A DNA stretch of 64,000 nt, from contig NC_042997.1 in the NCBI RefSeq assembly GCF_006345805.1, positions 129,704,001 to 129,768,000 of the forward strand. Direction: 5' to 3'. The position numbers and the translations under genes were made by a program. Positions 12,921-50,396 of this stretch are shown here, piece after piece. How positions within the stretch are numbered: position 1 is the stretch's first letter; each line of letters opens with the position of its first letter. The notes under the pieces were generated by a model, which searched no databases, was not told the origin of the DNA, and saw only the letters and a program-made list of their open reading frames with translations. The stretch comes from Octopus sinensis. Lineage: Eukaryota.

Positions 12921-14589
12921 AAAGTCAAGTCTTCTGCATTTATGAGAATAGAACTTTGAAATTATTGGATATTAAAATAATGAAATGTGGATTACAGAAC
13001 TATGAGAGCATCAGACAAAATGCCTGTGGCATTTAGTTAAAGTTGATTTACATTCAAATTCTGCCAAGGTCAACTTTGTCATTCAGTCTTCTCAGTTATA
13101 AATAAATAAAGCTTTGCACTGGGTTCAGTTTAACAGTCCTATAAAGCACCCTAGATATGAATGGAATGAAATTAGAACAGAGAAACAGTTCATAACAGGA
13201 TTATCAAACCAGTTGGCAGGAATGGGACATCACCTTGAAGATTGTATGTTCTAAAATAGGCTGTATGTTGTATAAAGGAACATGTCACCATTTTATGAAA
13301 AGGATGACTTTCTTATGCTTTTAGAATATTATCATAATAATTTTGGTGCTGAATGTTTCAGTTCATCTCTCCTATTACTAGATGCCAAACTGGTGCTAAT
13401 TACAGCTCAAAACTATTCAGTAATACTATGTTTTAAACAAGAACCTGTACCTATTCAGATTTATCAGTTCTCCTTTTACATTTGCCTTACTATATCATAA
13501 CAAATGTTTGGTGTAAAGTAATCACAGCTATTCACAAACCTTTCCTGAAAACTTCTTAAATTTTATTATCCTCTCATTTATATTTCCATTGTATACTGCT
13601 CTTAACATGGAGTTTATAATATTTCTATGGAGTTAAGGTGCAACTCAGTGTCAAAGAGACACTGTCTAAGATACATAATCTCAGTGTGATGCTGACAACA
13701 CCAAGATATGAATGGCAATAACAAAAGCAACAGCAGGTTTGAAAATAGTACAAGTTTCAGCTTTTCTCATCAAATATATTTGTTACAGTGGTGTTAGGGT
13801 TAAGATGTGTGAAAGTGGACTGGATGTGAGTCAAAACCTGACATCTTCATTGCCATATTAAACTGAACTCATAAGTTTTATGTAAAAATCTAAGGAAATC
13901 AAAACAAGAAATTATGATAATAATAATAATATTTGTCTTTTTATTCAAGAGGAAGATTTCACTGAAGATGATCAGAATAAATATCTCAAGATTATACTTA
14001 CAAATACTTAAAAACAAATTAAAAAAAAAAAAATATATGGTTTAATCTGACAAAAGTTTTAAGGAAAAAAATGTAAAAGTATGTAAAAAATCCTACCCAG
14101 CTTATAGTATATTGGTCATATTTGAGAGATCAGTGCTTGAAATTCCCAGCATGGTGTTTTGTTTAGCTAGCTGCAAGACTTTAATAAATCTCTCACCTAA
14201 ACTAAATTGTAAAACTAACAGAACCAAACAGGACAGTTTACCCTGCCAATCTCAAGCAAGACAGGTTTAATCAACAACAAAATGCCAGCAAATTTGGGAT
14301 GCCCACTCTTACATCATATAGCTGATATTTAGTTTGCTACACTCTGCAAAACACCATGGTTGTGACGCAGAAAGGCTCAGCAGAAAATTAGTATTTTTTT
14401 TTTTAAATATAAAATATAAGAAAAAAAAAAGTAAACACATTGTTAATAAGTATTGAAAAAGCTAGAGTAATTTGATAATAAAATTTAGTTATGTGAAATT
14501 GCTTCTTCATAATATATCACACAGGCACACCACATATAGAGCTAATAGTACATTAACATTATTTTCAACATCACAAACAATTAATATTT

Positions 14590-17500
14590 AAGATGTTCAT
14601 AAAATATATTTATTCACAACTAAAATGTAAAAAGAAGTAACCCTGTTGACAAATCTTGAGAATATCAACAGTAACCACATTACTAATCACTGGTCATCTC
14701 AACTAAATGCTTTCATTCACAAGTGTGCAACAAATTTTGAAAAAAAAAAAAAAAAAAAGCCTTTTGTTTTTATTTAGCCATCTCAGAGAAAGTAAAAGCT
14801 TTATTCAAAAGAACTGCTAAACCCTCACACTTAAAAATCTTTTGAAAATAACGTTTTTTTTTTTTGTGTTCTTTTTCTGTTGATAATTTAATGTAAAATA
14901 AAACCCAAGGAATTTACACCTATTAGCTTGTTTTTCTTATACAAATAGATGATTAAATTTAGTTAACCTGTCTTTCCCTAAACTAAACAGTTAAAAATTC
15001 AGACATGGATAAGTTTAGATTTAGATGTTTTGTTAAATTACTTGTTACTTTCCACATTAAAAATTTAATAGTTTTTTTTTTTTTAATATGAAAATGGCTA
15101 AAACAAGAATTGGTTTTGAAACTGTCATTCTGTCAACAGTTTTCAGATATAAACCTCATTTGTCATGGAACGTTTAAAAGTCATCATAAATAACATGTTT
15201 TATTTTTTTTAAAGAAAAGACAAAAATAAAGTAAGCAGCAATTTAGATGTTGATAAAATGCTAAATTTTTATTTCATTTTAATGTAAGAGGGAGAAGAAG
15301 ACAAACAGTTGTAGATTTGTTTGGGCTGTATGCCAGCTCTGACTTACACAAGATCATCAGCTTTAGATTGTAGCCTACAACTATATCGGACAGATTGACT
15401 GACTGCAGACTACACCTGACGTATAGAACATACTATTGTCCATGAGGAACTGTTAAAAGTATTAGATCAGTGGTAAAAGAAGCTTGCATGAGTTGTAGGG
15501 TTGTGAAAGGGTGATTACAAACAGCATTCAACTGATTGGTGGAGGAATGAAGAGATCATCGGGCACTGATCAGTCAATAATACTCATGCAGCAGCAGTAC
15601 TACAGTAAACTCACGGGAGACAGACAGAAACATTAAGCCAGACAACTGAAGGGTTTAAAGCAGTAGTATTATTACCGGCAGTAGTAGTAGTAGTAGTAAT
15701 AAGTCACCAGACAGCTGTTATAGGGAGTGGATTTGTTAAGAGAAAGCAGAATTGTGAAAGTGTGTGTGTGTGTGTGTGTATGGGCAGGGGGGAGGAGGAA
15801 GAGGAGGTGGAAGAGGGATGCAACCAACCATTCTTCACAAACAGTAGCAATGAATAAACAAGTTCAAACATACAAAACTAAAGGGGCAGTTCTCACAATG
15901 GTCTGATGTGAGAGAAAAGGTGTACTTTTAGAGAAATCAAAGAGAAAATAAAAGTTTGTGGCAGAAGTGTTTTACATCTCCATGTGTGTTTGTATGTGTG
16001 TGTTAGTGTTGTAAATACAGATTAGTTTTGCTCTTCCATTGTATTTCACCATATAATCATAATAGTAGTAATAATAATAATAATTAAATAAATGGTGGCA
16101 TGATATTGGCAAAATAGTTCTGGTTTGTAATATTTAAATTAATTTTGGATTTTAATTTCATAAATAGTATATATTATTGAATATTTTTTCGCATTTTTCT
16201 AGACAACAATATGAAGCTACATAATGAACATTGTGACATATAAAACACTTAGTATAGCCCATATGTTTCATACAATTGTCTTTAATCATGAAACTGATAC
16301 AGTGTAATGACATGACATGATTGCAGAGCTGGTAGCTCAGCATCTTTAAAGTCAGTGTCAATGCTGTTAGCACTGAATACATTCACCTCTCGTGCTGCTT
16401 CATAACAAAACAATAAAATACATCACAGATTTGTTCCCTGATTCAGACAGGTCTAGGAAATTCAAACTATGCAACTACATGAGAGGAAATCTGCAATCTG
16501 CTGCTCATGGAAACAAAATAGAAGTAATATAAATAAACAAAAACAATAAAATGTGTAAAATAAACAAAGAAAACAACAAGTAGAAAGACATGTTCAGCCA
16601 CATGCACACAAGAGTGAAGTTAGAAAGAGATATAGAGTTGACAGATATATAAATAGCTGAGCACAACATCGTTTTATCAACAACATTCAGCTAATAAGAA
16701 CTAAATGTGAACAGAAATTATTCTGATGCTAAAATGCAGTTGAATGTTGTGGGTGAAATATTCACTGTATTGATTTGTGTTAGAATGTTAATTAGTTAAA
16801 TAGAAGTAGTATGTTTGACCAGTAGTCAACATGTACAATTCAGAGCAGTATATGAACAAGAGAACATTGCCAAATCAGCAACTGTTATAAAGTTAACAAT
16901 AAAATGTTTGCTTTTTTTTTTTTCTTAAATAATTCAATTTGTTTATTGGACTGGATTATAAAAGCAACAACTTTGAGATAATGTTTTGCAGTTGTTAAAG
17001 ATACAGTCCATGCTGTAATGGTTACGTAGTTTGGAAGTTTAGAATGACACATTTAGGTTGCATGAAGTTCTTTTTGTATTTCTTTTTAGAAAAATCCCTT
17101 TTTTTGTGTGTTAAATTATAAGAAAAATGACTATTTGAAAGCCTGACAGTATGCACATAAGAAAATGTGGCTGTTGTGGTAACTCCAGCTTGTAGACTGA
17201 AATAATACAGAGCTACATAGAGTGCCAACCTGTGCAACATCTCCTATTGACACACTAGTGTTCACACTGTAAAAGACACAGACACACTCCAGTGAGGACA
17301 AGAAAGCTGAAAATACACTGTTCACCACAGAAGAAAAACAATCAGAATAAATAGAGATTTTTAATTTTGTTTCCCAATATATTTTTTCATAGAAAATTCT
17401 ATATTGGTTTAATTATTTGAAAACAAAAAATAAATTATGAAAAAAAAAAAGGCATGTTCATTTTAGAACGTCTAACAGCACAACTATAACAACAACTATA

Positions 17501-20500
17501 ATAATAATAATAATAATAATTTTCCTTATATTTTGTTAAATTATTGTCAGTGTGTGGAGGTTAATTAATGATAGTGGAACTAGTTAGCCATAAAGAAATT
17601 AAGAGGAAAGATGTAGTTATGAAGTAGTTAATAAGGTCAGCTGCTGTACATCATATATAAAAAAAGTAACACATTTACCCCATTCCAAGAAGACTAAAGC
17701 AGTACCCATCCTCTCCATCATCAACTACAAAATTATTTTCCATAACTAATTCTAAATATGCTAAATTCTATTCTTTTTTTTTTTTACATGAATTTTCTTC
17801 AAAACTAAAATAAAAAAGGAGAAAGAAGTTCCTTCAATATAATTGCACTTTAAGGATGTATCTGTGCTGAGTGTGGAAGTAATTTAGTATTTAACTTTAT
17901 GTCTAAAATACGCAGTAATCTATTAGATAAAGCAACAAAGAGTAGTAAGAGAGGTTGGACCAACTGAAGTGAATATGTCTAATGTGAAGGTGAGCCCAAA
18001 ATACCTAGTTGAAAATATATTAGGGACCAGAAGAATCTGGTAGTATGAACATAAGGACACTGACAATAATTATAATTGAAGACAATGTAAGTGGGATGGA
18101 AGAAGAGGTAAAATATGAGATGAATACAAAATATAATAGATAAAAAAATAGAGCTCAACAGCCAAGTGTTCAAAGTGATAAATGATAATAGGGAGGGGAG
18201 AAAGACAAGTAGAGAATATCAGAAAATACTGATATGTCAAGAGAAATAGACCTAAGGAGTCGTAAGATGAAACCAGAAATTTCACTGCCTAACTTATGAA
18301 CATTTCAGTTCAAGTGAAATTATAGTTTTTCATTTGATGCAAATATTGTTTTAGTTGTTTGGTAAAAAGGTGTTACCATGGCAGCAAGGATGCGCAGGAT
18401 CTTTTGAAGATAGCAAAAAAAAAAAAAAAATGAATATGTTGAATAAACATTTAAAAGAAATATTTCATAAAAACAGCAGCCTTACTTTCTTCCACTGTAC
18501 ATTTAGAAACAACATCTAGAAGACAAAATCATCTGTTTTTGCATTAGTTTAAAGTGTGCATGAACGACAGCTCTGAGCATGAGACTTAATCAAATCCAAG
18601 ATCAAGTCAACTTTCACAAGGTATTTCATTCTTTTAAACTTTTCTCATAAAGTTAAAGAAATAATAGATACAAAGTTGTAAGTCATATGCATTAGGTATA
18701 TAATTAACACCAAAACTCTCTAATTCATGCCATTGTATATATATTACAATTCTCTGAAAGATTTTGAAAAATAAACAAATTCTCTTTCACATTGATAGGA
18801 TAAATAGATCGACCACTGACAAACAGCATTAAATCTTATGTCTGCAATAACAACACTTATTTCAACAAAGCCACTCTTCAAACACATTAAATCATGTTCC
18901 ATACACTTCTCATAGATCAAGTTCCTATGACTATTGGTTTCTGGTAAAGACTAACAGCAATGTCAAACGAAGAGACTGATACAACCTTAATATTGTCATG
19001 GTGAATGGTGAATATATGTGTATGTGTATGTTGCCACCATAAATAATTTTCTTGCAGGCATTTAATCATTATATATACATACATACATACATATATATGT
19101 TTATAGGTATATGTAAATATGTTTATATATATATATCCACACATATATACATACACACACACATGATGAAGAGTTTAAAATCTACAGAAGAAAATAACAT
19201 AATTAACAAGTATACTAAATTAATGAAACTATAAAATAACAAGATCCAACAAATAGCTGACACACACACTTGAAAAAAAGATAATAAAAAAACTATTTAA
19301 AAGCATTTGTAAAACTTAGTTTATTACATAGGCAAAAACCCATCATTTCAACAGTACAGACACACTCTTGAAAATGACAATTTAACTTGATATAGATTAG
19401 TTTAACCAATAGATAATCTAACTGAAGTGCTGTCTTATAACGAGTTCTGCAACATCAAACTGCCCTGACCTGCTCTTGATTGGAGGGGAGGGGGTGTTAT
19501 TTGTCAGGTTAGAGACAAAAAATTTGGAATTTATCCACCCTAAATTATCTATGTTAGAAAGGTTGAGAAAAAGTCTATAAATTCTGTCGTATGACCAAGA
19601 TGAATGAAACAATGTCTAAATCCTGATTAGAAACCAAAGAATTCCCTGAAGGAAATTACTGACCAATGATAAGGCAGTCATACCGAAATGGCACAGTTTT
19701 TAAAGAGTAACAAAAGAGAAAGAACAAATGATTGAAGTGACTAGAAAATTGTTAGCAAGTTTATGAAGATGATCATCAGGATGATAGTGGTGGCGGTGGT
19801 GATGATGATGATAGTGTGGTAGTGGTGGTGGTGGTAATAATGATAATAATAACAATAATCATAATACTAAAGGATACTATGAATACAGATGTAAGCTAAA
19901 GTCTGTTGGGTCCTTAGAAAACGTATTTGAACAGACTTTAGGATGTTAACGTTCCATTGCTAAAAAGTTATTTTATTTTATGGAATATTTGAGTAGCGAG
20001 GAGGAGAAGGAGGAGTGTGGATGGTTGATAGTGTTTCGGAGCAACATCTAAATTACTGGGCACAATAGAGTATTGAGGAAGCTACAGCTGCTTCTGGTCA
20101 TGTCTTCACTGATTAATGAAACACTGGTGGTCAGACAGCTTCGCTTGACCACACAGAAAACAAAGCATGTATAAGTATGGGTATGTGCATGTGTGTGTGA
20201 GTGTGTGTGGTGTGTGTGTGTGTGAGTGGTGTGTGTGTAAGTGTGTGTATGTGTGTACAATAGCAGTAGCAGATGCATCAGCATTAGAAAAGATAAAGTA
20301 TTCCTACTGGCAACCGTGCATGTTAATAAAGACACTGAGATGTACTTTTAGCAAATGAAACAGCTATGGCAGTACCTGCAGACGAGTGCAGGTAGCATCA
20401 AACACAAATCATTTATCAATATAATGCAGAACTGACATTCCCACTGGACATTTTGCTAGCAACTCCAAAATAATAAAATAAAATAATATTAATAAAAAAA

Positions 20501-21690
20501 TATTATTAATAATAACGATAATAATAAAATCATGAAAACAAAGAAAAGAAATTGATGAGCAAAGGGGTGGTTGGGGAAAGTGACACCCATTCCCCCAACC
20601 AGACCTTGTCATATTTGTGAAATAAATGATACCAAGTTGCTAAACTGACTGCAAGCAAAGCTGCAGGGTGGTAAATGATCAGCAACAACAAAGAGACACG
20701 ATGGACACAGTATGGAGGAGGGGGAGAATTATAGCCACAGAGGGCAGTAGTTGTCTCCTTCTGCTTGGCAAATGGTAGAAACCACTTGTTAAACAAACAG
20801 AAACATAACACTTCCCAGTGCTCAGTAAAGCTGTAAAAGTTTGAAAAAGACATTTTTTTTAATTGTTTTTCTCTTTAATATTTTTTTGCCTTTTGTTTTT
20901 TTTTTTTAAATTTAAAACTACATCGACTACTTTTATTAATAATATTCAGGTTTGTTAGGTGAAATAAAAAAATGCACATAGCAATAAAGAATATTAGTTT
21001 TTGATTAGGAATTGTTATCTGACAAGAGCAGCTGCAAATCTGTAGCGAACAGTTGCTGGTTTTAGTTTCACAGATCACAGGATGATAATAGAGACACAGA
21101 GAGGGCGTATGATAAGCAAAGAAACCAATGAGAATAGAGTTAGCAGCAAAGAAGCAGATGTAATATTTTCTCATCCACAAATGCTGACAACAGAGATCCA
21201 GCCTACAAATTATGAAAATGACCTACAAGAATAAGTTTCACCGTGCATGAAACAAATGCTAGAAAACAATTTTTCTGTCCTTTCAAGTTAAACATTCTTG
21301 TCTGATGAACTATCAGCATGTTTCACAGCAACATCTCTCATGACATTGCACACTCAACGAATGAATGCAATGTTGCTTTGCTATATATATATGTTTATGT
21401 GTGTATACATGTGTACTTGTGCGAGTGTGTGCAGACAGCTTCACACACACACACACGCACACGCACAAACATATAGACATACACTGTTTTGTTGTCAGTT
21501 TACTTTAGTACATGCCGTAGAATGAGCGGTTAAATCTGCCACATCACAAGAAAAGTGATGTGAAGGTAAAGTTGCACATGACAAAGGACTCAGTAATGGA
21601 TTACTGATTCCTTGTTGACTGTAAGAATAATGTGAAGGTCAGAAAAGTGTATGGACACCACACAGCCAAGGTCACTGACCAACAGACCAC
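14590..21690 (-). other. Putative long (~7 kb) Gao 3'UTR
   Basis: No recognisable SINE/LINE/DNA-TE between ~13900 and the stop codon, unlike the flanks. Many U-rich and (CA)/(GU) tracts. Candidate AATAAA on the minus strand at 14614-14609 followed by GU-rich ttgtttgtgatgttg. The end is inferred, not observed. Confidence 0.5.
14609..14614 (-). terminator. Candidate distal polyadenylation signal (AATAAA)
   Basis: tttatt on + strand, with a GU-rich element ~30-45 nt downstream on the minus strand. Alternatives at 14769-14774, 14800-14805 and 13940-13945. Confidence 0.3.
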
Positions 21691-45496
<23,806 letters not shown>

Positions 45497-47849
45497 CTAA
45501 AATAGAAAGAAAATATAATTTTAAACAAAAATCAAGATTAAAGGAGGAAAAAAAAAACAAAGGAAAAATAGACAAAAATTTAGGTTGTTAATAAAATTCT
45601 TTGAAGTGAAACATTGAAAATGGAGCAATCTAATTTCAAAGACAAAGGAAGTTTTTATTTCAAAGTGCTGTTATTTTGTCTGAGATCAAAAGACATTTTA
45701 ATAGCAGCTCAAACAATTTACAACTGTTGTCTGAAAAAAAGTAAGAAAACAAAAAATTAAGAACTTAGCAACTTCAAATTTTGAAAGAAATCTTAATTTG
45801 CAATTGCTGTCTAATATATGAAAATATTTTAAAATTTAAACAATTCAAATGAAAAATAAATATTATATTTTGAAAGAAAATCTAAGGATATATAGAAATA
45901 GTAAAAGTGAAATAGGACATAATCTTAGCTTTCAATGTGGCAGAAACGTTTTAATATACAGTGGATATTTACAATTATAAGTTTAAATTACTGAAACAAA
46001 ACAGCTAATTTCTGATCAACAAATGAAAAATGGTAATAAATACTAAAATATTTATGTATAATGAGGAGAAAAGTGAGATTTTGAAATATTACAGCAATAG
46101 AGTGGTTAAACAAATTAATATATTTATTGATTCAACTAATTAGGTGATATTTTCAGTCATATTTACACTCATGGTGGTACAGTGTTTAGAGATTACTAAA
46201 TCTGAAGAGAGATATTTTCATTTATTCAAAACATTTCTAAGTCTTACCAAAATTCCACTAAAATAATAGAAGGAAAAACAAAACATAAAGACAAGGAACA
46301 ATGCTTTACTAGATGCTAGAAGTGATATAAAAACCATTGATACAATAGTATAGGTTTTTGCTGAAGCATTTTGCTTGTCTTTTGTGAAGGAACTTTTGAG
46401 AATTTTCAATGCATATCTTAAAAGAATCACACACAAATAGACACAGACATATCAGACAGTGTAAGTTGTATGAACATAATGTAATAATGATGTTCAAAAT
46501 AACTTTCATGAATCTTGGAATGTTCTTTCATATATTAAAACATCTGATCCATTTTATATTACAGATGAGCTATATTAAAATGAGATATTCTATCTGGCCA
46601 ACATCATTACACAAGTAGCACGCTCTTGTCTTCCTTGTCAGTTTAATCTTTAACTAGAAATCCTACAGCAATATGACAACGAGGCTAGAGGTGTTTTATG
46701 ATGAATTTATAATTAACAACATTATTGGTTGTTTCTAGTTGCATTTACATAGCTTTGTCTCCATTTTCTCTTGAATATCAGGGTATTTAGTGAAGGAATA
46801 GACAAGTTCCCTCTCCTACACAGAGTGAGTGAATAAGCAGCTGGGCTCCCACTGTTTGAAAATCTGATATTATCTAAAGGGAAAGATTCAATTCAGAAAG
46901 AACATAATAAAAAGAAAGACATTACTATCAAACTAAAGAGAAGTTAAATAAGTATGACTGCTTATAAATGAGTATTTAACTGGATAATAGTCTTGTCATT
47001 ATATTTATTCAGTTGATGAGCAGCAAACTGATAGCTGTTGACAAAGAAAAGATATCTAGTAATGGTGAACAGCTATGCATGAATAATAACAAAATGGAAG
47101 TATTCGAAGATTGAAAATGTTTCTTCAGTAGAAATTTTTACCTAAAAACATGGTACTAAACTGTATTTTGAAAGACACCTAAGAAAATAACAACTGCATT
47201 ATGTTAGAATTTAAGAACATAATATTTGATAATATAGAATGTTACATCCCATGTTCAAAAACTTTCAGTTACACATTCATGTAGCATAATTTGCCCCTAA
47301 ATAGCTGAATTAAAGTTCTGTGTTCCTTGACTTTCAAAAATGTGACACTAAAGTACTGTTTTCATTTTATTCTTAGTAAAACAAACTGAGATAAGCAGGT
47401 AACTAATGGTCAGTCAAGTAAACAGAGAAAAAATTAGGTGTTCTGTTCAAGCTTATATACATAGATGTCTACATTTAAATACTGAACCAGGCCCCAAAAA
47501 GTTAGCATCAGCCAGCAGAGTAGTTGGAAAGTATATTGTATTGTTATTTCATTTGCAACATTATTATTATAGTTAATTCAGTTTATCTTAAAGTATTTTT
47601 ATTATTGTTGTTGTTTAGCCACTAATCAACTTTCAATGAATAGACCTATAATCAATCAATAGTATTCTATCCACGATCACCATATTTAATCTGTCCTTAT
47701 TTAAAAAAAAAGCAAGGTGTTATTTGAGAGAAATTTGACTGCTTTTTTAAAGAGCTCAAGTGACCATGCAGAAGCTCTCTAGGTGGTCTACAGTATATTT
47801 ATTATTTACTGAGAGAAAGGAGAGCTGCTTTGGTTTTTGCAACCTCTCT

Positions 47850-49290
47850 AAAACTGGTGTGGTTGATGCTTAACTAGAACTGTTTTAGTTGGTTGAGGTG
47901 GGAAAAATATGGAAAGGGAGGGTGTTCCAGATGGGTGCAAGAAGGATTGGGAAGTGTTTTGCGCAGAGATGACCTATTAGAGATCATCAAAGGAAGAGAG
48001 GCAGGTTCACCAAGTAGGTTTAAGTATATATGGTATGTAGCATGTTACTTCTGTTGAGCCAAAGCTATTAGAGTAGTAGCAGAAAAGGCAAAAACATGGT
48101 TTTATTTTGGATGTAGCTCATGGTGTCTCAGAAGAAAGTTACACAACTGGGACTGGGTTTTTGCAATATCGTATATGTGTACATTGTGATGTTTGAAGTA
48201 TGACTAAAGAAATAAGATCTCCAATAGACCTAAATCTAAATCTCAGACAAGGTCTACACAAACTGTAAAGGTTCCACAAGTTTAAGTTAGACCCTACTGA
48301 AAGGGAAAAATTGATTAGCTTGGTAAGAATAAGAGCATAGGAGCACACTATTTGAGGAGATTGAAAGAAAGATCTTTTTCGGACAGTAGGATGTGATTTG
48401 AGATTTTTGCTGGTATTTCTTGCAGGTCAAACCATCACATAAATGCTCTATTTACGGTGGCTCTAGAGGAGCTGTGAATGAGACATATATGTGCATGCAA
48501 AGTGGCCTTTGATTGTTAATGGGCAGCAGAAACAATGGATATAAATAATAGGACAATTATGTACAGGGTCCTCTTTTGTGCTAAGCCAGAAGATTACAAT
48601 TTTGGAATGAGGCTGGGTGATACACAAAGGTTTTCTTTGATTATCTTAAGGTGATCTCGTATGTGTGGTAGGAGGGTGACTTTCTGTGGGAGTTATATTG
48701 ATATTTTTTAAAGTATAGCAACAGTACAGTTGTGAGTGAACTACTTGGCAGTTTGGGGATTATAAACATTTGTTGCATGAAAGATGTAGAGAGACAAACT
48801 TTGGAGTAGTGTAGCAGTTATCTGGTTACTGTCTTTGAGAAGATAGAGGTGAAACATTTTTTGCTAAGGTGGTCAGTCATTCTAGTTGGCAGTCGTCAGA
48901 TAATTAGTACCCAAGTTATGTAGCATGTGGAACACAGATAGAATATTTATTGCTCAGAGCTAAGCAACACAATTCAAAGTTTTTAACGCAGTTCTGATTA
49001 TAGGAAAGGTCTGATAGAACTGAAGATATGTAGAGCCGATGCTCTGTTATAAAAATTGAAAAGATGGTGAAGGAAATCAATTTTCCCTTAAGATGAGGAA
49101 CATTTTAATTTAACTATTATTAAATCTTATTTGCATGATACTCATTGCAGTGGTTGGAAGAATATGAAGATGATTAACGAAAGTCTTCAAGAAGGGTCAG
49201 AGTGGAGAAGTCAGGGAATAAGAAAGTTATTTCTAAAATGAATAAAACTGCAATGAAAATAGTTTCAAATGATTCAGAAAGGAGATAAAG
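47850..49290 (-). mobile_element. Degenerate CR1/L2-group LINE ORF2 3' remnant
   Basis: Minus-strand IWNTLPFHIFPTSTN (cf. LWNxLPxxVFP C-terminal motif). Related to 62750-63720. Confidence 0.5.
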
Positions 49291-49502
49291 CTGTCAAAGA
49301 AGTAAAAGGTTTACAAATAACAACAACAATAATATTATTTACTTCAAATTTTTTCAATAGTCATGGACTGTGATATATAAATATTTCTATGTAAAACCCC
49401 TTTAATGGTGCTTAGTGAAGAAATAGTGATTTGGACTAACTTGAAAACAGACTACAATCTTGGTTTTTATAACACCATGTCTAATTAGTTAGTTTTCTCA
49501 TA

Positions 49503-50396
49503 TGAGGTTTGATCAATAAGTATCTGGACTGTTGCCATAGTAATGAAGCTAAAGCATGCAGAGTGAAGCCACTTGGCAAAGATTGACCTTGAACTCTGCT
49601 GTACATGTACACTAAGTTTTAACATTCTAGCTCACTTCTGCTGTTTACAGCAATGCTTGGAAGGAAGGTATGTAGCATGCGATCACTGCATTGACCATGA
49701 CAGAGAAAGTTGTCACAGCAATACCTGCTCAGAGGCCTATGCAAAGTTGCAGAAAGTGTATGGAGAGGAGTGTATGAGCTGCATACAAGTGTATGAGTGG
49801 TTCAGACTTTTCTAAGATGGCTGAAAAAATGTTGATTTTGACGAATGTTCTGGGAGACCTGCAACCAGCAGAACTGAGAAAAACATTGCAGATGCTTGTG
49901 CAGCTGTGAGGGGGAAATTGTCAAATCACCATCTGTGAGTTATCAGAGGATGTGCAGATTAGTTACGGTTCAGTTCACTTCATTATCACTGAAGATTTTG
50001 GTATGAGACGCATGTCTGCCAAGTTTGTGCCAAAACTGCTTTCAGCTGACTAAAAAGACATTCAAGTTTCAGTTGCACAAGATCTCCTTGATTGTGTTGA
50101 GAATGATTAAAACTTTTTGAAAACTTTGCATAGGCCTCTGAGCAGGTATCACCAAGCTTTTGGCAAAATTTGATGCAGATTCTCTGCTCAACTCTCTGTC
50201 ATGGTCAATGCGATGATCACATGCTACACATCTTCCTTCCAAACACTGCTGTAAACAGCGGAAGTGAGCTAGAACATTAAAACTTAGTATGCATGCACTG
50301 CAGAGTTCAAGGTCAATTGGTGCCAAGTAGTTTCACTCTGTGTGCTTTAGCCTTGTTGCTATGGTAACAGTCCAGATAGTTATTGATCAGACCATG
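49503..50396 (+). mobile_element. mariner-derived foldback element built from two inverted left ends
   Basis: TA-flanked tgaggtttgatcaataag...ttattgatcagaccatg. Left part encodes a broken mariner N-terminus (AYAKLQKVYGEECMSCIQVYEWF...SGRP...AKFVPKLLS). 50122-50396 is an inverted copy of the 5' ~250 bp. Confidence 0.9.
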
